Below, piece after piece: positions 1 through 7,429 of a stretch of 64,000 bases of DNA. How positions within the stretch are numbered: the stretch's first letter is position 1; every line of letters starts with the position of its first letter. A program made the translations under genes and the position numbers. The notes under the pieces were generated by a model. That model was not told the DNA's origin. It searched no databases and saw only the letters and a program-made list of their open reading frames with translations. Source of the stretch: Clostridia bacterium (lineage in GTDB: Bacteria > Bacillota > Clostridia > Oscillospirales > CAG-272); contig JAFTLJ010000065.1 in the NCBI GenBank assembly GCA_017456005.1, forward strand, positions 3,962 to 67,961. The letters are read 5' to 3'.

Positions 1-2
1 GT

Positions 3-39
3 ATTCCCCGCACTTTGCGGGGAATATTTTTCTGTTTTT
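3..39 (+). terminator. Rho-independent terminator-like hairpin at the window edge
   Basis: 9-bp stem ATTCCCCGC (3-11) / GCGGGGAAT (17-25), 5-nt loop, then a T-rich tract ATTTTTCTGTTTTT. Confidence 0.6.
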
Positions 40-121
40 AAGCAAGATATATAACCCAGCATCTGCATATTCCGAAAAAGTAAGAACGCTCCAATACTTC
101 AAAATACCGCCGCACAATGTG

Positions 122-150
122 TTGACTTTGCGGTAAAATTGTGTTATTCT
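122..150 (+). promoter_or_regulatory. Sigma-A-type promoter for the PPTase gene
   Basis: TTGACT (122-127), 17-nt spacer, TGtTATTCT extended -10 (142-150). Confidence 0.5.
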
Positions 151-191
151 TATTTACATAAAATCCAAATAAACGATACGGAGCTAAAAAA

Positions 192-875
192 ATGAGCCAT
201 TTTGCCAAAACATTTTTTGCTGATACAGATAAATTTTACAACGCCGAAACAGACGAGCTTTCAGAATATTTTTACGAAAAACTGCCTACCGTTTCCGAAG
301 AACGCCGTGCGCGCGTGGAGCGTGTGCGCAAAAACAGTGCAAAAGCAGAGCTTCTCGCCGCCGAAATAGTGCGTGACTACGCGCTGAAAACGGTTTTCGG
401 CATAGAACACGTCGAAACGGAAACAGGCGAGTTCGGCAAGCCCTACCTCAAAGGCGAAAAAGATAAATTTTTCAATATTTCCCACAGCGGCAGGATAGTT
501 GCCTGCACCGTTTCCGACGTGGAATGCGGGCTGGATATAGAATGCTTCGACCATCCGCACGATATGATGAACGTAGCCGGCAGATTCTTTTCCACACAGG
601 AGCAGAGCGCCATTATGCTTTCTCCCAATCCGATAGAGGCTTTCTGCCGCCTTTGGACAATACGCGAAAGCTACGTTAAAATGCGCGGCACGGGCTTTTC
701 CATGGGGCTTAAAGCGCTTAAATGCGGTTTTAGTCGCGGCAAAGCGTCTATGTTTGTAAACGAAATATACCAGCAGGATGCAAAATTCCAAGAATTTCGA
801 AATATCTACCGTTACCGTGCGTGCATCTGCACCAAGGGCGAGGTAGAACACGAAGTCGAAAAAATAGAAATTTAA
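192..875 (+). CDS. 4'-phosphopantetheinyl transferase, Sfp type
   Basis: 227-aa ORF with GGAG SD upstream. Motifs GKPYL, FNISHSG, GLDIE, WTIRESYVKMRGTG are typical of Sfp-type PPTases. Confidence 0.85.
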   Translation: MSHFAKTFFADTDKFYNAETDELSEYFYEKLPTVSEERRARVERVRKNSAKAELLAAEIVRDYALKTVFGIEHVETETGEFGKPYLKGEKDKFFNISHSGRIVACTVSDVECGLDIECFDHPHDMMNVAGRFFSTQEQSAIMLSPNPIEAFCRLWTIRESYVKMRGTGFSMGLKALKCGFSRGKASMFVNEIYQQDAKFQEFRNIYRYRACICTKGEVEHEVEKIEI

Positions 876-878
876 GGT

Positions 879-905
879 AAAAACACCCTTCGGGGTGTTT
901 AATTC
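879..905 (+). terminator. Terminator hairpin after the PPTase gene
   Basis: AAACACCC-TTCG-GGGTGTTT (881-900). The T tract is weak. Confidence 0.5.
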
Positions 906-940
906 TGCATTCCGCACTCTTCATTCTGCATTCTAAAAAG

Positions 941-1666
941 GTGATTATTTTGCAAAAAGAAAACAATACTTTTAAAAAATCCGTAAAAGCGGCTTTTATT
1001 TCCTCCATTCCCATAATGGCGGGTTACATAATGCTCGGTATGGGCTTCGGAATACTGCTGAGCGAGCAAAATTACGGCCCTCTTTGGGCGCTGCTTATGA
1101 GCGTTACGATGTACGCAGGCTCTATGCAGTACGTGGCGGTAGACCTGCTGGCAAGCGGCGCAACGCTTATAAACACAGCTATTATGACGGTTATGGTAAA
1201 TGCCCGCCACCTTTTCTACGGCATTTCTATGATAGATAAATACCGCGGCGCCGGCAAAAAGAAATTTTATATGATATTCGGGCTTACCGACGAAAACTAC
1301 TCTCTGCTCTGCGACGCAAAAGTGCCCGATGGGGCAGACAAGCACACGTACGGCTTTTTCGTGACACTTTTCGACCACTTCTATTGGATAACGGGCTGTG
1401 TGCTGGGCGCGGTTATAGGCACGGTGCTCCCGTTTGAATTCAAGGGCGTGGAATTTGTGCTTACAGCGCTTTTTGTGGCTATCTTCACAGAGCAGTGGCT
1501 TTCCACCAAAGACCATGTGCCCGCCATGATCGGTGCAGGCTCTACGGCGCTCTGCCTCGTTATCTTCGGCAGCGAAAACTTCCTTATCCCATCTATGCTC
1601 GCAATAACGCTCGCATTTATGGTGCTGCGCTTTGTAAGAAAGGAGAAGAAGACCGATGGCGAATGA
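941..1666 (+). CDS. azlC: AzlC-family branched-chain amino acid exporter subunit
   Basis: 241 aa, GTG start, polytopic. N-terminal 'IPIMAGYIMLGMGFGILL' is AzlC-like. Overlaps the downstream azlD. Confidence 0.85.
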   Translation: MIILQKENNTFKKSVKAAFISSIPIMAGYIMLGMGFGILLSEQNYGPLWALLMSVTMYAGSMQYVAVDLLASGATLINTAIMTVMVNARHLFYGISMIDKYRGAGKKKFYMIFGLTDENYSLLCDAKVPDGADKHTYGFFVTLFDHFYWITGCVLGAVIGTVLPFEFKGVEFVLTALFVAIFTEQWLSTKDHVPAMIGAGSTALCLVIFGSENFLIPSMLAITLAFMVLRFVRKEKKTDGE

Positions 1667-1988
1667 ACAAATCATACATTCCCTGCTTATAATAGCCGTA
1701 TGTGCCGTGGTAACTTTTGCGCTTCGCGGCGCACCGTTCCTCATTTTCGGCGGAAAACGCGGAACTCCTGCTTTTGTTTCGTGGCTGGGCAAGGTTCTGC
1801 CCTATGCCGTTATGGGCATGCTGGTGGTATACTGCCTGAAGGACGTTTCTTTTCTTTCAGCTCCATTTGGGCTTCCCGAACTTGCCGCTTGTGCGGTAGT
1901 GGTGTTACTGCACGTTTGGAAGCGCAATTCTCTGCTAAGCATAGGTGTGGGCACGGTATTCTATATGGCAATAGTAGCGTTTATTTGA
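1656..1988 (+). CDS. azlD: AzlD-family small membrane subunit
   Basis: 110-aa hydrophobic ORF overlapping azlC by 11 nt. This is the classic azlCD pair. Confidence 0.85.
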   Translation: MANEQIIHSLLIIAVCAVVTFALRGAPFLIFGGKRGTPAFVSWLGKVLPYAVMGMLVVYCLKDVSFLSAPFGLPELAACAVVVLLHVWKRNSLLSIGVGTVFYMAIVAFI

Positions 1989-2017
1989 AGCCTTCCCCGA
2001 ACGGGGAGGCTTTTTTA
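1989..2017 (+). terminator. Rho-independent terminator
   Basis: GCCTTCCCC-GAAC-GGGGAGGC followed by TTTTTT. Confidence 0.8.
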
Positions 2018-2113
2018 ATATAAAATTTACAATAGTTTTCTCTTTTTCCATTGCATTATAAAGGAAATTGGAGTAAAATAATATTGATTAGATAAAATTA
2101 AAGGAGGCATCAG

Positions 2114-3388
2114 ATGCAGATCATCAGAAAAGAAATTTTCGACGGCATTGCTCTTACAGCGGTGAAAACAGACAAATTCAAATTCAACCGCATTTTTATA
2201 GATTTCATCGTTCCGCTTACACGCGAAAGCGCGGCGCAAAACGCGCTCTTTCCCGACGTGCTCGCGCGCGGCACGGAAAGCTTCCCCGGGCTTTTGGCTG
2301 TGCAGAAAAAGCTTTCCTCTCTCTACGGCGCAGATATAGACACTTATGTTGGCACAAGCGGCGAGGCACACATAATAACCATTTTTGCAAAGCTTTTGAA
2401 GGATAAATACACACTCGGCGGCGAAAGCATAACGGCGGAAATGAACGGGCTTTTAGCAGAGATAGTGACAAAGCCGCAAACAGAAAACGGCATTTTCCTT
2501 TCCGAATACGTAGAAAGCGAAAAAGAAAAGCTTATAAACGATATAGCGGCTCAAATAAACGATAAAGATTCCTTTGCGCTACACCGCGCAATAGAGCTTA
2601 TGTGCGAAAACGAGGCTTGGGGTGTTTCCGAGCTCGGCAAGCCCGAGGACGTGGAAAAAATAACCCCTGCTTCTCTCTATGAGCACTACAAATATCTTCT
2701 TTCCCACGCGCAGATAGAGGTTTTCACCGTTGGTGAATTCCCCGAAGGCACGGAAGAAGCGCTCGTACGAGAAATTTTCGGCGGTATAGAGCGCGGAAAA
2801 ACGCCTGATTATTCCACAAAAATCGTAAAAACCGTGGAAAAAGTAAAAACCATACGCGAACACCAGGAGCTTAAGCAAGGCAAGCTCGTGCTCGGCTTCC
2901 GCACGGGAATAGGCGGATATGAGGAGGATTACAACGTGCTGCGCGTGCTGAACTGCGTTTTCGGCAGCGGAACACAGTCTAAGCTCTTCCTTAACGTGCG
3001 CGAAAAGCTCTCGCTCTGCTACCACTGCTCCTCCCGTATATATACAAAGGGCGTTATGATGGTTACAAGCGGTATAGAGCCCAAAAACTACGAAAAAGCG
3101 AAAAACGAAATTCTCTCCCAGCTTGATGAAATAAGAAAAGGCAATATTTCCGAAGAAGAAATGTCCAGCGCGAAAAAACGCTTGCGCAACGCTATGCTTT
3201 CCGCAAGCGACAGCCCCGAAGCGCTCCACTCCTGGTATGCCAACAACCGCGTTTTCGGCGTTACGGACACACCGGAAGAAATAATAGCGAAAACGGAAGC
3301 CGTAAGCAAAGAGCAAATAGTTGCGGCGGCGCAGAAAATCGTGCTCGACACAGAATATTTCCTTTGCGGAACGGAGGGTAAGGCATGA
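2114..3388 (+). CDS. M16-family peptidase-like protein (non-catalytic partner, no HxxEH)
   Basis: 424 aa with pitrilysin-like length and C-terminal domain. It has no HxxEH motif. Coupled to the next M16 gene by a 4-nt overlap. Confidence 0.75.
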   Translation: MQIIRKEIFDGIALTAVKTDKFKFNRIFIDFIVPLTRESAAQNALFPDVLARGTESFPGLLAVQKKLSSLYGADIDTYVGTSGEAHIITIFAKLLKDKYTLGGESITAEMNGLLAEIVTKPQTENGIFLSEYVESEKEKLINDIAAQINDKDSFALHRAIELMCENEAWGVSELGKPEDVEKITPASLYEHYKYLLSHAQIEVFTVGEFPEGTEEALVREIFGGIERGKTPDYSTKIVKTVEKVKTIREHQELKQGKLVLGFRTGIGGYEEDYNVLRVLNCVFGSGTQSKLFLNVREKLSLCYHCSSRIYTKGVMMVTSGIEPKNYEKAKNEILSQLDEIRKGNISEEEMSSAKKRLRNAMLSASDSPEALHSWYANNRVFGVTDTPEEIIAKTEAVSKEQIVAAAQKIVLDTEYFLCGTEGKA

Positions 3389-4674
3389 ATATAACTATTA
3401 AGGAAAACGCTCGCGTAGGCGAAAAATATTACTACGCCAAGCACAAATCGGGCCTTGATATATACCTAATACCGAAAAAAATGAGCTCTGCCTACGCGCT
3501 CTTCTGCACGCGATACGGCGCTGTGGATAACTGCTTTAAGTTAGAAGGCGACGCAGAGCTTACGCGCGTGCCCGACGGCATCGCGCACTACCTCGAACAC
3601 AAGATGTTCGAAAACGAAGACGGCATAGATACCTTTGCACGCTTTGCAAAATATGGCGCGAGCGCGAACGCATTTACATCTATGGACGTTACGGCATACC
3701 TTTTCAAATGTACGGAAAATTTCGGGGCAAACCTCGAAATTTTGCTGGACTACGTAACAAGCCCCTACTTCACCCCCGAAACGGTGGAAAAGGAGCAAGG
3801 CATTATCGCCCAAGAAATACGCGGGCGCGAGGATTGGCCCGAAATAGCGCAGTATATGAACCTTCTGCGCGCGATGTATAAGGATTCGCAAACAAAACTG
3901 AACGTAGCGGGCACGGTGGAATCCATACGCGAAATAACGGCAGAAACGCTCTATAAATGCTACGAGGTTTTCTATAACCTTTCCAATATGTTCCTCTGCG
4001 TTTCGGGCGACGTTACGATGGAAGAAATTTTTGCCGCGGCAGACAAAATACTGCCCGTGCAGGAAGAAAAGAAAATAATTCGCCACTATAACGAGGAGGG
4101 CAAGGACATAGTTAAAAGCTATGTAGAGGAAGAATTTGAGGTTGCGAAGCCCATGTTCCTCGTGGGCATAAAGGACGTGGCAAAATGCGAAAGCAAGCGC
4201 GAGGAAACGAAGCGTGGGCTTGCTATGCAGCTGATAACGGAAACACTTTTCGGCTATTCTGCAGAATTTTCCGTTGAGGTTTACGAAAGTGGGCTTATAG
4301 ATGAGCTTGACGCAGGCTATCACCGCGGCAACACGGGCGCACACTTCACTTTCGGCGGCGAAAGCGACGATATAGATGCGGCTTACAAAAAATTCGTGGA
4401 TTATATGGAAGAGGTAAAGCGCACGGGGCTGGACGAAGAAGCCTTCGAGCGCGCGCGCCGCATGCGCTATGCATCCTACGTGCGTAGCTTTGAAACCACA
4501 GATATCGCAGAAACCTTTGCTATGTCGCTTATAAAGAATATAGATTGGTTCGATATCGGCGATATTATGGCGGAAATAACCGTAGAATACGCAAACGCGC
4601 TGGTACGTGAGATTTTCGAAAAAGAATATTACGTTCTGAGCGTTATAAATCCCATAAGCAAGGAGGAAGAATAA
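3385..4674 (+). CDS. M16-family zinc peptidase (catalytic subunit)
   Basis: 429 aa carrying the inverted zinc motif 'HYLEH' (HxxEH) in 'GIAHYLEHKMFE'. Confidence 0.85.
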   Translation: MNITIKENARVGEKYYYAKHKSGLDIYLIPKKMSSAYALFCTRYGAVDNCFKLEGDAELTRVPDGIAHYLEHKMFENEDGIDTFARFAKYGASANAFTSMDVTAYLFKCTENFGANLEILLDYVTSPYFTPETVEKEQGIIAQEIRGREDWPEIAQYMNLLRAMYKDSQTKLNVAGTVESIREITAETLYKCYEVFYNLSNMFLCVSGDVTMEEIFAAADKILPVQEEKKIIRHYNEEGKDIVKSYVEEEFEVAKPMFLVGIKDVAKCESKREETKRGLAMQLITETLFGYSAEFSVEVYESGLIDELDAGYHRGNTGAHFTFGGESDDIDAAYKKFVDYMEEVKRTGLDEEAFERARRMRYASYVRSFETTDIAETFAMSLIKNIDWFDIGDIMAEITVEYANALVREIFEKEYYVLSVINPISKEEE

Positions 4675-4675
4675 T

Positions 4676-5722
4676 ATGGGAAAATTTATTTCCAAAATCT
4701 CCTTTCCGGGGCTGGGCATACCCGAATTTTCCGTAGACCGTGTGGCTTTTGAAATAAAAATAGGCAGCCTCACTCTCGCTGTAACTTGGTACGGTATGAT
4801 AATTTGCCTTGGCATAATTCTCGCTTTCTCCTACGTGGTGTACCGCGCAGGGCAAGCGGGCATAAGCTTCGATTCCCTGCTCGATTTCGCACTGTTTACA
4901 GTTCCGCTCGCTATAATAGGCGCGCGCCTCTACTACGTTATCTTCAACCCCGGCAGCTTTCACTCTCTGTACGATATAATCGCCATATGGGAGGGCGGAC
5001 TTGCCATATACGGGGCGATAATAGTGGGTGCTATAGTAGTTTTCTGCGTGGCGAAATATAAAAAAATATCGTTTATGCTTATGGCAGATATGGCGGCACC
5101 TGCGGTCATGCTCGGCCAGCTTATCGGCAGATGGGGCAACTTTATGAACGGCGAAGCCTTCGGCGGCGAAACCACACTTCCCTGGCGCATGGGCGTTTGC
5201 AACCGCCTTACAGATTTTGAAACGCTCTACGTTCACCCCACATTCCTTTATGAATCGCTTTGGAACCTTACGGGATTTATTCTTATCAATATTTTCTATA
5301 AGAAAAAGAAGTTCCGCGGCGAGGTTATGTTCTGGTACTTTTCCTGGTACGGCCTTGGCAGGGCGTTCATAGAAACCCTGCGCACAGACTCGCTCTATCT
5401 CGGCAATACGGGTATTCGCGTTTCCTCGCTCGTGGGTGCAGTCTGCGTGCTCGTTTGCGTGCCGATAATCGTATTTTTGCGCGTGCGCTACGGCAAAATG
5501 GCAAAAGCAGGGCTTATTTCCCGTGCTGTACCCGCGGATATAACAGTACTTCTCGGTATAACGCCCCCGCCCGCGCTCGCGGAAGGTCCCGAAACAGTGG
5601 AAATAGACCTTGCGGAGGCTATGGCAGAAAAAGAAAATATAGCCCGCACAGCAAAAGAAGACATTTTTACAACAAAAGAAAATAACACAGAAAACGCCGA
5701 AAACGGCGACAAGGAGGAATAA
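4676..5722 (+). CDS. lgt: Prolipoprotein diacylglyceryl transferase
   Basis: Polytopic, with the 'GRWGNFMNGEAFG' Lgt signature. The acidic C-terminal extension is non-conserved-looking. Confidence 0.9.
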   Translation: MGKFISKISFPGLGIPEFSVDRVAFEIKIGSLTLAVTWYGMIICLGIILAFSYVVYRAGQAGISFDSLLDFALFTVPLAIIGARLYYVIFNPGSFHSLYDIIAIWEGGLAIYGAIIVGAIVVFCVAKYKKISFMLMADMAAPAVMLGQLIGRWGNFMNGEAFGGETTLPWRMGVCNRLTDFETLYVHPTFLYESLWNLTGFILINIFYKKKKFRGEVMFWYFSWYGLGRAFIETLRTDSLYLGNTGIRVSSLVGAVCVLVCVPIIVFLRVRYGKMAKAGLISRAVPADITVLLGITPPPALAEGPETVEIDLAEAMAEKENIARTAKEDIFTTKENNTENAENGDKEE

Positions 5723-5724
5723 AA

Positions 5725-6573
5725 ATGGCAAATATCATCGACGGCAAAAAAATCTCCGCCGACATTCGCGGAGAAATAGCGGCAGAAGTTGCGGAAATGA
5801 AGAAAAACGGCACCACACCCGGTCTTGCGGTTATCATCGTGGGCGAAAACCCCGCTTCCAAGGTTTACGTACGCAACAAGGGCAAGGGCTGCGCGGAGGT
5901 TGGTATGTACTCCGAGATCATCGAAATGAAAGAAGAAACTTCCGAAAAAACTCTCATCGCAAAAATAGCGGAACTCAATGCAAGAAGCGATATTCACGGC
6001 ATTCTCGTTCAGCTTCCCCTGCCCAAACACATAAACGAACGCGCTGTTATAGAGGCTATTGACCCCAAAAAGGACGTAGACGCGTTCGCCCCCGTTAACA
6101 TAGGCGAAATGATGCTGGGCACAGCAGACTTCCTTCCCTGCACGCCCGCAGGTATTATGGAGCTGCTTGCCAGAAGCGGTGTTTCCGTTGTTGGCAAAGA
6201 ATGTGTGGTTATAGGCAGAAGCAATATCGTGGGCAAACCCATAGCACAGCTTCTTTTGGCCGCTAACGGCACGGTTACCATCTGCCATTCCAGAACGCGC
6301 GACCTCGCAGAGGTCACACGCCGCGCAGACATACTCGTTGTGGCAATCGGCAAGGCAGATTTCGTAACGGGCGATATGGTCAAAGAAGGCGTTGTGGTTA
6401 TAGACGTTGGTATGAACCGCAAAGCAGACGGCAAGCTCACGGGCGACGTAGACTACGCCTCCGTAGAGCCCAAGGCAAGCTACATCACCCCCGTTCCCGG
6501 CGGTGTCGGCCCCATGACTATTACAATGCTTCTCAAAAATACGCTCACAGCGGCAAAAAAGCAGAGCAAATAA
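5725..6573 (+). CDS. folD: Bifunctional methylenetetrahydrofolate dehydrogenase/cyclohydrolase
   Basis: 282 aa: 'IIDGKKIS...LAVIIVGENPASKVYVRNK...GILVQLPLP...TPVPGGVGPMT'. Confidence 0.95.
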   Translation: MANIIDGKKISADIRGEIAAEVAEMKKNGTTPGLAVIIVGENPASKVYVRNKGKGCAEVGMYSEIIEMKEETSEKTLIAKIAELNARSDIHGILVQLPLPKHINERAVIEAIDPKKDVDAFAPVNIGEMMLGTADFLPCTPAGIMELLARSGVSVVGKECVVIGRSNIVGKPIAQLLLAANGTVTICHSRTRDLAEVTRRADILVVAIGKADFVTGDMVKEGVVVIDVGMNRKADGKLTGDVDYASVEPKASYITPVPGGVGPMTITMLLKNTLTAAKKQSK

Positions 6574-6634
6574 GGTAAGTAAGATAGAAAAACAGCACCT
6601 TTAGGCTCCTTCTCATAAGGATGTTTACAAATTT

Positions 6635-6669
6635 CGGCAGAGATGTTGTTTTCTCTGCCGATTTGTGTT
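6635..6669 (+). terminator. Terminator after folD
   Basis: CGGCAGAG (6635-6642) / CTCTGCCG (6653-6660), then ATTTGTGTT. Confidence 0.6.
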
Positions 6670-6675
6670 ATAATA

Positions 6676-6905
6676 GGTGCAACGAAAAGCCTCCCTCCGA
6701 GAGGTAGCGAAGCGGCGCGAGGGTAGTGAATGACACCACGGTGTGGTGTCAGAGCCCGAGCGTGACCGAGCCGAAGCGAGACGGGGGACCGCGCTAGCGG
6801 TGGAAGGAGCCTGCGTGACTTTGAGCTTAGATAAACTTTATAGTAACGCACTCTCCCTCAGTCAGCTTCGCTGACAGCTCCCTCCCGGAGGGAGCCTTTG
6901 GACGT
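6676..6905. repeat. GC-rich, hairpin-dense non-coding block (REP-like intergenic element)
   Basis: Hairpins at 6732-6750 (GACACCAC/GTGGTGTC), 6861-6875 (GTCAGC/GCTGAC) and 6877-6895 (GCTCCCT/AGGGAGC). An imperfect IR links 6689-6704 and 6877-6900. ORFs crossing the block translate to junk. Confidence 0.6.
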
Positions 6906-7008
6906 GCGCAACTTTAGGGGTATGGGCTTTGCCCTATGCCTTTGTAATACAAAGGCGAAACTGGCGATAAAACGGAACGATAAATTAAGAATTTGACGAG
7001 GTAGTAAT

Positions 7009-7251
7009 ATGGCAAACTATAGTATTTGTGGTATTGATTGTGATCTATGTAGATTCAAAACTGAACAAAACTGCAAGGGTTGTAAAACAATTAAAGGCAA
7101 TGTGTTTTGGGGCGAATGTGATTTATATAAATGTAATTCACAAAAAAATCAAGAACATTGCGGAAAATGCTCTCAATTTCCTTGTAACACATTGAAAGAG
7201 TGGGCTTCGTCTGAAAATCCTGAAAGAATAGACAATTTGAGAAAACTATAA
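7009..7251 (+). CDS. Small Cys-rich protein, DUF3795-like
   Basis: 80 aa with 10 Cys in CxxC/CxxxxC spacing ('CGIDCDLC', 'CKGC', 'CGKCSQFPC'). Sits in an AT-rich islet with its own terminator. Confidence 0.7.
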   Translation: MANYSICGIDCDLCRFKTEQNCKGCKTIKGNVFWGECDLYKCNSQKNQEHCGKCSQFPCNTLKEWASSENPERIDNLRKL

Positions 7252-7275
7252 ATTTCAATTTATCGAACAGAGCAA

Positions 7276-7314
7276 AATTAACGCCGGCAGATTTTCTGTC
7301 GGCGTTAATTTTGT
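7276..7314 (+). terminator. Rho-independent terminator
   Basis: AATTAACGCCGGCAG / CTGTCGGCGTTAATT stem followed by TTTGTTT. Confidence 0.8.
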
Positions 7315-7429
7315 TTATAGCATAACAAAGTTTTCTTATACGTAGCGGAGACCTGCGATCTTGCGTGGTACCGTGTGTTAGGCAAACTTCCTTATGAGAA
7401 GCACCCTTTCGGTACTGTTTTTTGCGTTT

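Noticed and set aside
1-39. Possible terminal CRISPR repeat (GTATTCCCCGCACTTTGCGGGGAAT)
   Set aside because: Only one copy is present in the window, and it is followed by a T tract. A plain terminator hairpin explains it better. An array upstream of the window cannot be excluded.
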